Below, piece after piece: positions 18,588-27,615 of a stretch of DNA of 33,993 nucleotides. How positions within the stretch are numbered: the first letter of the stretch is position 1; each line of letters opens with the position of its first letter. Under the pieces are notes generated by a model. That model did not search any database, was not told the DNA's origin, and was given only the letters and a program-made list of their open reading frames with translations. This DNA comes from an uncultured archaeon (GTDB taxonomy: Archaea; Asgardarchaeota; Lokiarchaeia; Sigyniarchaeales; SOKP01). The translations under genes were made by a program, and so were the position numbers. The stretch is taken from assembly GCA_964583985.1 (NCBI GenBank), contig CAZOYD010000039.1, positions 1-33,993 on the forward strand, in the 5' to 3' direction.

Positions 18588-19364
18588 TTAAATCCCTCCT
18601 AACATCTTTGATATATTTTTATAAAAAATAAGCTCTCGAGTTTTCTGATCTATTTGAAAATTATCCAAACGATTGATATCCTCCGTGAAAATTTGTTGAA
18701 TTGTATTACATATTACATCTGAACCAAAAACAATTTTTTTAAATGCACCTGGCCACCAAAGCCAATGATCCATCCCTATTTTATCTGCTCTTAATCGCCA
18801 ACCATTTGGAGCACCTGAAAGATCAGCATATACATTCTTCTTCATTCGAATTAGCTCTGCAGCGTCATCATTCCAATGGACACCCAAGTGTGCGATGATC
18901 ATCTGTAAATTGGGAAAAGCATTAGCGATGGTCTCAATTCGCATGGGATGCATGTACCATGATGATATTTGTTGATTAGGTTTATGATTAAAGAGAGTTA
19001 CTACTCCGGTATGAAATAAGATTGGCATTTTTAGTTCGCTAGCTGTTTGCCATAAAGGGAAATAATCATAATGATCGTATGGTTTTTTTGGCAAAGTAAC
19101 TTTTAATAACTTAAATCCTTTCTCATTTGCTTCGATTATATCATTCTTAGAGTTAATACCTGGTCGAATGTAAAATGCGCCAATAATTCTATCCGGGTAT
19201 TTTTCCATCGCTTCTTCGACCCCATCATTATTAACACATTTAAATAAATGACCTAATCCACTCAAACAGCATCGTTCAATACCTACTTCATCCATCGCGG
19301 TAATCAAATTTTCAAGATATCCTTGAATATCAAAAAGATGAACATGAGCATCAATAATCCTCAT
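18588..19364 (-). CDS. Amidohydrolase_2-family metal-dependent hydrolase
   Basis: IIDAHVH, ILFHTG, IIAHLG and VFGSD. Confidence 0.9.
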   Translation of the reverse strand: MRIIDAHVHLFDIQGYLENLITAMDEVGIERCCLSGLGHLFKCVNNDGVEEAMEKYPDRIIGAFYIRPGINSKNDIIEANEKGFKLLKVTLPKKPYDHYDYFPLWQTASELKMPILFHTGVVTLFNHKPNQQISSWYMHPMRIETIANAFPNLQMIIAHLGVHWNDDAAELIRMKKNVYADLSGAPNGWRLRADKIGMDHWLWWPGAFKKIVFGSDVICNTIQQIFTEDINRLDNFQIDQKTRELIFYKNISKMLGGI

Positions 19365-19387
19365 CTAAATTATTCTCCATTTGCTTG

Positions 19388-20263
19388 TTAGATTAAATTT
19401 ATCAAAATTTCTTGTATATGGTTAATTGGAACGGAATAATGTCCCTCATTCGGGTAAAAATTGGAAGTACAGTTTGGAATTGTTTTAGATACTTCACGCC
19501 CCACGTTAATTGGAACAATTGAGTCTAATTCCCCATGAAATACAAAAACCTTGAGATCCGGACTGATCTCCTCTAACTTAAAATCCCATGGGTTTGCATA
19601 TAATCTTCCCTCATATGCTACACCCTTACTTCCGTTTTTAAATGCCTCCGCTCCTTCTTTTAAAAACAATGATAATTTTTCAGGATTTGTTAAGATGCTT
19701 TTATCAGCCTCAGGCAGTTTATTAAAACTTTTTTTCCACTTTGATTCCATTTTACTAAGATTTCGTGCTGTACGCCCTTGAAAGTACATTGAAATCCTAA
19801 AAAGAAAGTAGAAATGTTTTATAATGAAGTACAAAATTCGATTTCCTATTACATCTTGAAAATTAGTGGGTCCAATTCCACCAATTACAGCACATGAAGT
19901 TATTCTCTCGGGTATTTTAAAAGCACATGCTAATGAATAAGGAGAACCTCCCGAAACACCTTCTACAGCGAACTTATCTAATCCTAAATGATTGGCTAAT
20001 TCAATAATATCATCAGACCAATCCAATAGTGTTCTTCCTTTTTTAAAATCAGATAATCCCATACCAGGTCTATCTACGCCGATTAATCGAACATTCATAT
20101 CTATCAATATTTTTTCATCAATTAATGTAATTTCTAATCTTGAACCAGGAAAACCATTAAAGTGAAATACTGGTTTCCCATTTGAAGCCCCTTTTTCAGC
20201 ATACCCAAGTGTTCTTCCATCATTGAGTTTTAATGTCTGAGTAAGATTATTTATTTCAATCAT
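19388..20263 (-). CDS. Alpha/beta-fold hydrolase
   Basis: DGRTLGY, DRPGMGLS, nucleophile elbow GVSGG, HGELD and EGH. Confidence 0.92.
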   Translation of the reverse strand: MIEINNLTQTLKLNDGRTLGYAEKGASNGKPVFHFNGFPGSRLEITLIDEKILIDMNVRLIGVDRPGMGLSDFKKGRTLLDWSDDIIELANHLGLDKFAVEGVSGGSPYSLACAFKIPERITSCAVIGGIGPTNFQDVIGNRILYFIIKHFYFLFRISMYFQGRTARNLSKMESKWKKSFNKLPEADKSILTNPEKLSLFLKEGAEAFKNGSKGVAYEGRLYANPWDFKLEEISPDLKVFVFHGELDSIVPINVGREVSKTIPNCTSNFYPNEGHYSVPINHIQEILINLI

Positions 20264-20404
20264 TAGTATTAAGAATCTCGGATTCTTAGAAATAATTTGT
20301 GTGAAACCCTTAAATCCAATATTTTTTACAAAAATAAAAAAATATAAAAAAGCAAAATAGTATGAAAGAAGTGTGTGTGTGTTTTAATTTTAGGGCTAGC
20401 AAAA

Positions 20405-21316
20405 ATGACTAATAATAACAATGGACTAGAATATGATAAACTAACAAAGATACACGTCATTTGTCCCCATTGTAATAAAAGTAAATTCATTAAGATACCA
20501 ACAAACATAATTAACGAGAGTAAAAATTTAACAACTATTTCAATTCCATTAAATCATATATGTGATCATAGTTTTCAAATATTTGTTGATAATCATTTTG
20601 TAATTCGTGGATATCAAAGAGTAGATTTTGATATTTCTAATTTTGAGATATATTCTGATAGTTCAGATTCAAAAGGAGAAGATCTACTTCTTACTTACAA
20701 TTTTTCTATCATTATCAAAAAAATTGTCCAACTCGTAAGGGAAAATATCAACATTAAAGGGATATTCGGGGGACTAGTATTAACAGAAACGGGTAACCTT
20801 ATTTTTTCTTCTCTTCCCAGTGAAATTTCACTAACTATGATTAGAAAATTTGAACTTCAGAATTCTTTCCCTAAAACTATAAATCAAATATTTTTAGTTT
20901 TAAGTAATAACCAAAAGATTATATCTTCAACATTAATAATTGATAATATAAAAATAATTATTACATTATGTTTTTCTGCAGAAATTGATTATAAAACAGC
21001 AAATTATTATCTGGTGGAATTAAAAAAAAATGTTTTACTATACAGTACAACAGATTCCTCTCAAAATATTTATTGGCTGTATTCTGTTATTCCACAATCA
21101 AACGATTTAGATTCTGATGTACTATTCCTCGATTCCATTGGAATCAAGATTCAAAAATCTGCTATTACTAATATTAATGAGATTGATGAGATTTTGAAAT
21201 CCAAGGATTATAATGGGAAAGTATTTGTAAGTGCAAGATATGTGAGATTAATGGAAGGTTTAATCTGGACATTAAACGAAGCTGCATTGATCATCTCGAA
21301 CTTGAATATGTTCTAA
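20405..21316 (+). CDS. Hypothetical protein with an N-terminal Zn-binding module and a roadblock-like central domain
   Basis: CPHC...ICDHSFQIFVDNHFVIRGYQRVDF, then IFGGLVLTETGNLIFSSLP. The ATG at 20405 is preferred to the GTG at 20375, which sits in a GT repeat. Confidence 0.65.
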   Translation: MTNNNNGLEYDKLTKIHVICPHCNKSKFIKIPTNIINESKNLTTISIPLNHICDHSFQIFVDNHFVIRGYQRVDFDISNFEIYSDSSDSKGEDLLLTYNFSIIIKKIVQLVRENINIKGIFGGLVLTETGNLIFSSLPSEISLTMIRKFELQNSFPKTINQIFLVLSNNQKIISSTLIIDNIKIIITLCFSAEIDYKTANYYLVELKKNVLLYSTTDSSQNIYWLYSVIPQSNDLDSDVLFLDSIGIKIQKSAITNINEIDEILKSKDYNGKVFVSARYVRLMEGLIWTLNEAALIISNLNMF

Positions 21317-21472
21317 AACATCAAAAGGGAAACATATGAGAAATACTGGAAAATGAAATTTTACAACTCTCACAAAAAATTAACCAAACAATTTTTATTG
21401 AAAAAATTCATATAATCTAATAGAATTCATTCTTGATGTTATCTTACAATTTTATTAAACAAGGTTTTAAAA

Positions 21473-23341
21473 ATGATTCCAAAACAAATGGATGCTTACC
21501 TAAAAGAACATTTACCAGTAGGAACCTTAGAAAATCGGTTAATCAAAGAAGAGGAGCGAAGATATCTAGAATTTCGCAATATTGATGAACTCCTTTTATC
21601 AAGTTTAGGGATTGTAAGTGATAAGGTAGGGCCCAATCTTGTAATTTGCCTATGGGACGAAGAATCTCCCGAAGAAATCGGAGGTTATTTGGTTGTGGAT
21701 AATTTATCAATGGGACAGCCTTCGATGGGAGGAATTCGTATGCTTCCAAATGTAAAGCCGTCTGACATTCATAATTTAGCAAGGGGCATGACCTTAAAAA
21801 ATGCAGCCGCAAATTTACCTTATGGTGGAGGTAAAGCCGGAATAGTTGCAGAAAGAGGGTTACCATTAGAACAACATCAAAAAATTGTTCGCGGATTTGC
21901 TCGATTAATAAAAAAATATCGAGAAATCTACATCCCTGGTCCTGATGTTGGTACTAACGATTCAGACATGATGACGATTGCTATTGAAAATGGAATAGAC
22001 AGTGCTCTTTCTAAACCATTAGCAATGGGAGGAAATAGAATTGATGAACTGGGAGGTGCTGCTGGCGGTGTAGTTACTGCCCTACAGACGCTTATAGAAA
22101 TAATGCCAAGATTAAGGGTTTTACCTCAATTCTCGAAACTTGAAATTCCCAAGATAGAGGATTTAACAATTATGATACAAGGATTTGGAGCTGTTGGAGC
22201 TCATGCTGCCAGGATTTTTAAAGAAAGGATCCATTGGGTTAAAATAACGGGTATAAGTGATTTAGAAGGATATTTATACAACGAAGCTGGTCTACCGGTA
22301 GAGGAACTATATGGTTATTGGAAAGATAAAGGATTGGTAACCAAAAACTACTACATTGATAAATTACTATCAAAGGGATATGATAGTCCAATAAAATTCT
22401 CTAATAATTCAAATAACCTTCTTTTAGAGGATAGTTTCTGCTTTATTCCTGCAGCACCTATTTTTAACTATTTAGGTGTTAGGAAGAATGAAGGGTTGCA
22501 TGAAAATCCATCTATGACCGTGGATCGAATGGGACGATGGAGCCTAATAATTGAGGGAGCAAATACTTATTCACCTGATCCGAATAGAAAAGCTGCAAGA
22601 ATTAGGATGGAGCAAATTGTATTTAAAGATAAAGGAGTCATGATAGCGAATGATTATTTAGTAAATTCTGGTGGCGTTATTTTTGCGGCTCAAGAAAAAA
22701 TAATCAGTACTCCAGAGCAATTACAAATTCCTGAGAACATGCTTGGTGATCGTGATGCTGTTCTTTCTTGGCTTGAAAAACATAGTCAAGAATTTGCGGA
22801 ACTTTCCAAAAAACGATTAATTGCTGGAGAGGAATACCGTAAAAAAGTTATTCACCATAATATGATAGAATTAGTCGATATATTAGCAGCAAATTCAGAT
22901 TTATTACCATGTATGGCTGCTGAAAAAATTAGCTTACAGAGATTAGTAGCTAAAGAAAAAGAATTGACAGCAAAAGATATAATGGAAACACTTCCAACAA
23001 TTGATATGAATAGTACTGCTCAAGAAGCAGCTGCTTTAATAATTAGTGAAAATAGTGGAATTATTGCAGTTTTAGAAGAAAAAAAACTTGTAGGAGTCGT
23101 TACAGATTGGGATATAACAAAAGCAATGGCAGAAAATGCCTGTGATGTAAATCTTAGCGAAATAATGACAAAAAATGTGATTATAGCTCCCCCAGATTAT
23201 ACTATACTTGAACTCGTTAGAAAATTGGAACAGCATAGAATTTCTGCGATACCAATCGTTGAAGAAGGAAAAGTCATGGGCAAAGTTAGTTCAGATTTAA
23301 TTACTCAAAGATACGTCCTGCAAAATTTAAGAGAAACATAA
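21473..23341 (+). CDS. Glu/Leu/Phe/Val dehydrogenase with a C-terminal CBS-domain pair
   Basis: GGIR, MTLK, GGGKAG, GPDVGT, QGFGAVG, EGAN and NSGGV. CBS motifs from about 22961: TAKDIM, LVGVVTDWDI, SEIMTKNV, ISAIPIV. Confidence 0.92.
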   Translation: MIPKQMDAYLKEHLPVGTLENRLIKEEERRYLEFRNIDELLLSSLGIVSDKVGPNLVICLWDEESPEEIGGYLVVDNLSMGQPSMGGIRMLPNVKPSDIHNLARGMTLKNAAANLPYGGGKAGIVAERGLPLEQHQKIVRGFARLIKKYREIYIPGPDVGTNDSDMMTIAIENGIDSALSKPLAMGGNRIDELGGAAGGVVTALQTLIEIMPRLRVLPQFSKLEIPKIEDLTIMIQGFGAVGAHAARIFKERIHWVKITGISDLEGYLYNEAGLPVEELYGYWKDKGLVTKNYYIDKLLSKGYDSPIKFSNNSNNLLLEDSFCFIPAAPIFNYLGVRKNEGLHENPSMTVDRMGRWSLIIEGANTYSPDPNRKAARIRMEQIVFKDKGVMIANDYLVNSGGVIFAAQEKIISTPEQLQIPENMLGDRDAVLSWLEKHSQEFAELSKKRLIAGEEYRKKVIHHNMIELVDILAANSDLLPCMAAEKISLQRLVAKEKELTAKDIMETLPTIDMNSTAQEAAALIISENSGIIAVLEEKKLVGVVTDWDITKAMAENACDVNLSEIMTKNVIIAPPDYTILELVRKLEQHRISAIPIVEEGKVMGKVSSDLITQRYVLQNLRET

Positions 23342-23351
23342 ATAATGGAAT

Positions 23352-24176
23352 TTAAGTTGGTGGACCTCTATCTATTCTTTGGTGAATGAGTTCCAATTTT
23401 GTTGATGCTCCTATATAAGTTAAACCCCACGTTACACCTACTTGCTCATACTTTTCTATCGTTTTTTTATCAGTAATTCCACTTAATTTCACCACATCAA
23501 ACGGTGTTTTTAAATCCCGATGCTCAAATATGAAATCATGCATCGTTTTAAAGTCTTTATCCGTAAGTTTACCATAAGCACCAGTACTTAAAGGAAAAAC
23601 ACCATCAAGTTTTGCAGATCTGATAAATGGAAGCTTATTTGGCCAGAACCCTGAGCCCCATATTTTTATTCTTGGTTCTTGAAATGGTTTTGGAAGAAAT
23701 TTAACTTGATCTATGTTAAAATGCTTTCCATGATAAGAAAAATCTTTTCCTTCCCATAAACCAAGTAATATGTCTAATCCTTCATCTAATTTTTCAGCTC
23801 TAATTTTTGCATTGGTTTCCTCTCCAAAAGATCCATATTCAACATCAGCTGGAGTCCCAAGACCAATGGAAAGTATTAATCTACCCTTAGAAAGATGGTC
23901 AAGGGTTACCGTCTCTCGAGCCAATTTCCAAGGTCTTCTTCTGGGTAGTGGAGTAACGGTTGTTCCAAACTTTATTTTCTCCGTTTTCATAGCAATTGCT
24001 GATAATGCAATCCAAGGATCTACCATTGGATTTTTAGTTGGCTTTTCTGCAAGAATATGATCAAATATAAAGAATCCATCCCAACCACATTCCTCTGCTC
24101 GATTAGCTAAATCTGCTAAGTTATTTGCATATCCTAAAATTTTACCGTAATTTGGCATGTAAAGACCGAATTTCAT
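23352..24176 (-). CDS. LLM-class flavin/F420-dependent oxidoreductase
   Basis: MKFGLYMP, GWDGFFIFDH, DPWIALSAIA, TLDHLSKGRLILSIGLG and PKPFQEPRI. ATG at 24176 follows GTGAT. Confidence 0.9.
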   Translation of the reverse strand: MKFGLYMPNYGKILGYANNLADLANRAEECGWDGFFIFDHILAEKPTKNPMVDPWIALSAIAMKTEKIKFGTTVTPLPRRRPWKLARETVTLDHLSKGRLILSIGLGTPADVEYGSFGEETNAKIRAEKLDEGLDILLGLWEGKDFSYHGKHFNIDQVKFLPKPFQEPRIKIWGSGFWPNKLPFIRSAKLDGVFPLSTGAYGKLTDKDFKTMHDFIFEHRDLKTPFDVVKLSGITDKKTIEKYEQVGVTWGLTYIGASTKLELIHQRIDRGPPT

Positions 24177-24242
24177 AATTATCACTGGAAAAATTATATT
24201 TAATCATGTATTTCTTTCTTTAAGAAAATTGTTATTTATTGA

Positions 24243-25568
24243 TTGAGAGAATTGAAAGGAGAAATCAATATTGGCGTTATTTGCCTAGCTAGGAAAACTT
24301 TTGACTATAAAGCTGCGTTAGAAATATACAAGAATATTATAACTGATCTGGGTAATATTGAGAATGTAAATTGGGAAGTTATACCAGAATTACTAATCGA
24401 AATAACAGATGCTCAAACTGCAAGTCACCTATTAGCATCCAAAGAAATTGATGCTTTAATATGCATAAGTGGGACATTTGCTTTAGGACATTTGATTTTA
24501 GAGTTTAATAAAGTACTCAAAAAGCCAATATTATTATGGGGATTAAATGAGCTACCTTATGATGGAGGAAAAATTAGACTTAATTCCGTGTGTGGTATAA
24601 ACCTTAATTCTAGTAACTTGTATAAAGCAGGAGTGAAAAATTACCACGTAATTATTGGAGATAAAGTTGATGAAGATTGGCTGGATGCAATACGTATTAT
24701 GAAAGCATTTTCTTCTGTACGTATAGGAATTATTGGATATAGAGCTAATGGTTTTTTTAATTTAGATGTAGATGAACTTGACTTGTATCGAAAGACTGGG
24801 ATCTTAATAGATCATTATGAGCTAAGTGAAATTTTCAATTTTAAAGTGGAGAATGAGCTCATCTTGAAGAGAAAAGAGCAAATTGATTCGATTTTTGATG
24901 TATCATCTATATCTGAACATCAATTAGAGAAAGTTTCAGAACTTACTGCTAAGCTTTCTGAGTTTATGAATTATCACCAATTAACTGCTTTAGCTATTAG
25001 ATGTTGGCCCGAATTTGCTTCAGATTTTGGTATTTCCCCTTGTGCTGCAATGTCAGTATTGCAATCAGAAGGAAAAATATTAGCTTGTGAAGGAGATATC
25101 TTGGGAGCACTTTCAATGTTGGCACATAAAGTCATAGGAGGTGAAACTCCATTTCTATCGGATTTCTCTCAAGTAAATTTTCAAAAAGACTTTGGATTAC
25201 TTTGGCACTGTGGAGTTGCTGCTTGCAATCTTTGGGATAAAAAATGCAATATTTCTTTAGATAGTTATTTTGCTGAAGGAAAGGGGGTTACTGCTGATTT
25301 TGTAATGAAATCGGGAGAATTATCCCTTTTAAGGTTAGATTATTCACCTGGAGAATATCATATCTTTTTACAAAAAGGAAAAGGAATTCCAATGGAGAAG
25401 GAGTTAAAAGGTACGTATGTCAAAGTGGAATTTGAAGATAATGTAAGAGTAATATTAGATAAGATTATTAATAATGGTATCGCACATCATATATCCGTCG
25501 TTTATGGAGATTTTGTTCGCCCTTTAGAAATATATGCTAAATTAATGGAATGGAAAGTGATAAAATGA
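24243..25568 (+). CDS. L-fucose/L-arabinose isomerase-superfamily protein, sulfoquinovose isomerase (SqvD/SftI)-like
   Basis: ARKTFD, GTFA, GGKIRLNSVCG, GFF, LAIRCWPEF, ACEGD, WHCG and HHISVVYGD. The family call is firm; the SqvD-likeness rests on recalled motifs and gene context. Confidence 0.8.
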   Translation: MRELKGEINIGVICLARKTFDYKAALEIYKNIITDLGNIENVNWEVIPELLIEITDAQTASHLLASKEIDALICISGTFALGHLILEFNKVLKKPILLWGLNELPYDGGKIRLNSVCGINLNSSNLYKAGVKNYHVIIGDKVDEDWLDAIRIMKAFSSVRIGIIGYRANGFFNLDVDELDLYRKTGILIDHYELSEIFNFKVENELILKRKEQIDSIFDVSSISEHQLEKVSELTAKLSEFMNYHQLTALAIRCWPEFASDFGISPCAAMSVLQSEGKILACEGDILGALSMLAHKVIGGETPFLSDFSQVNFQKDFGLLWHCGVAACNLWDKKCNISLDSYFAEGKGVTADFVMKSGELSLLRLDYSPGEYHIFLQKGKGIPMEKELKGTYVKVEFEDNVRVILDKIINNGIAHHISVVYGDFVRPLEIYAKLMEWKVIK

Positions 25569-27517
25569 TCAAGTATATGGCAACAAATAGGGGATTTGAC
25601 CTTTTTTTTAAAAACTATAAATTTTTTTCTCATTCAGTCAGTAATCCTTGCTTTGAAATAGGTATTGGTTTTGGCAAATATAAACAAAACCATTCCGCTT
25701 TTACAATAAAAGAAAAGAATTTGAAAAGAATTCCCCTTATTAATTTTAAAGTACTTTCAGAATTGGATAATCAAATCATTATTGAATTCAGTAGTGACGA
25801 AAATAGCATGGTCATAGAATTTTTCGTCAAAGAAAATAAATTAATTATAACTCCTAAATGTGAAACTTCTTTTATTAATCGTTTTTGGATGAATTTAAAT
25901 GCGAATGAGGAAGAGGCTATTTTTGGATGTGGAGAACAATTCCTGAATATAAACTTAAGAGATGAAATTGTTCCAATATGGGTTGAAGATGCCTCGCCTC
26001 CATCAAGAGGAAAACACACATACTATCCTCAACCTAATTTTATATCCACTAATAATTATTTCTGCCATGTTGAGACGAACTTCTATTCAAGTTTTAATTT
26101 TAAGGAGAAAAATAGGCATAAATTGCAAATCTGGGAAATCCCTAAAGAAATTTATATTGGAAAATATGATAATCTTTTAGAAGCAGTTAAAAATCTAAGC
26201 TTTTTTCTTGGACTACAGCCAAAACCAGCAGATTGGATATATGATGGCATTTGGTTAGGAATTCAAGGAGGCCCTGATATAGTTGATATAAAAATAAAAA
26301 AAGCATTACAGCATGGCGTAAAAGTTTCAGCAGTATGGTGTCAAGATTGGCAAGGTATACGATATACCTCATTCGGAAAACAATTATTCTGGGATTGGAA
26401 ATATGATGAAAAAATTTACCCAGATCTCCCAAAATATATAAAAAGTCTGAATAAAAAGGGGATTAAATTTCTTGGATACATTAATATAATGCTCGCTATT
26501 GAAGGTACTCTGTATAAAGAAGCATCTAAAAAGGGTTACTGTATAAAAAACAAAGATGGTGATGATTATCAGGTCCTGATGACTGATTTTCCAGCAGCTC
26601 AAATAGATTTAACAAATCCAGAAGCGATCGACTGGTTGAAATCTGTGATTAAAGAATACATGGTCGGTATTGGATTAAATGGATGGATGATTGATTATGG
26701 AGAATATTTACCAATCGATCCAAAGTTATTCTCAGGAATATCAGGAGAAGAATTTCACAATCAAGTTCCAACGATATGGACAAAACTCAATTATGATGTA
26801 CTTAAAGAGGAAAATTTGTTTGGCGAAGTTATCTTTTTCACTCGTTCAGGTTTCACGGGCACATCTAAGTACTCCTTAATGGTTTTTTCGGGGGATCAGC
26901 GCGTGGATTGGGATGAAAAAGTAGGTCTCCCTTCAGTTATTCCTGGAGCAATCAATATTGGATTAGCAGGAATAGGCTTTTATCATTTTGATATTGGTTG
27001 TTATACTACATATGGTATATTTAAAAGAGAAAAAGAATTATTCATGAGATCAGCTGAAATGGCAACATTTACCATGATGATGCGCACTCACGAGGGAAAT
27101 CGACCAGATAATAATTGGCAATTCGATTCTGATGACGAAACTTTGGATCACTTGGCTAATATGGTTAATATACATCTTGCGTTAAAACCTTATTTAAAAC
27201 ATTTATCAGATGAATATTATGAATCAGGATTACCACCTATCCGAGGGCTTTTCTTGCATTATCAAGATGATCCTGAATTATACAAGATTAAATTTCAATA
27301 TCTGTTTGGAAAAGACTTGCTTGTTGCACCGGTTATTAAACCAAATTGTAAAATTTGGAAAGTTTATTTACCAGATGATAGTTGGATTCATATTTGGACA
27401 GGTAAAGAATACAGTGGTGGATGGATTGAAGTAGATTCACCAATAGGATTTCCTCCAGTTTTTTATCGTCGAGATTGTGAATATCGAACTTTATTTGACT
27501 CTATATCCAAGCATTAA
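25565..27517 (+). CDS. GH31 alpha-glucosidase, YihQ/sulfoquinovosidase-like
   Basis: FGCGEQF, TYYPQP, LGIQGG, QDWQGIRYTSFGKQLFWDW, WMIDYGEY (nucleophile), GDQRVDW (acid/base), DIGCYTT and MMRTHEGN. The start overlaps the isomerase stop (ATGA 25565-25568). Confidence 0.9.
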   Translation: MIKYMATNRGFDLFFKNYKFFSHSVSNPCFEIGIGFGKYKQNHSAFTIKEKNLKRIPLINFKVLSELDNQIIIEFSSDENSMVIEFFVKENKLIITPKCETSFINRFWMNLNANEEEAIFGCGEQFLNINLRDEIVPIWVEDASPPSRGKHTYYPQPNFISTNNYFCHVETNFYSSFNFKEKNRHKLQIWEIPKEIYIGKYDNLLEAVKNLSFFLGLQPKPADWIYDGIWLGIQGGPDIVDIKIKKALQHGVKVSAVWCQDWQGIRYTSFGKQLFWDWKYDEKIYPDLPKYIKSLNKKGIKFLGYINIMLAIEGTLYKEASKKGYCIKNKDGDDYQVLMTDFPAAQIDLTNPEAIDWLKSVIKEYMVGIGLNGWMIDYGEYLPIDPKLFSGISGEEFHNQVPTIWTKLNYDVLKEENLFGEVIFFTRSGFTGTSKYSLMVFSGDQRVDWDEKVGLPSVIPGAINIGLAGIGFYHFDIGCYTTYGIFKREKELFMRSAEMATFTMMMRTHEGNRPDNNWQFDSDDETLDHLANMVNIHLALKPYLKHLSDEYYESGLPPIRGLFLHYQDDPELYKIKFQYLFGKDLLVAPVIKPNCKIWKVYLPDDSWIHIWTGKEYSGGWIEVDSPIGFPPVFYRRDCEYRTLFDSISKH

Positions 27518-27615
27518 CTAAATTAATTAAAGCTATTTGATGCTTCAATAGAAAAGAGAAAGATAATCAATTCGATTTTTAAAAACCATTCCGAAATCAT
27601 TAAAGTGCATCAAGT

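Noticed and set aside
20371-20382. (GT)6 microsatellite upstream of the Zn-ribbon gene
   Set aside because: Too short to support phase variation; it only creates a spurious GTG start.
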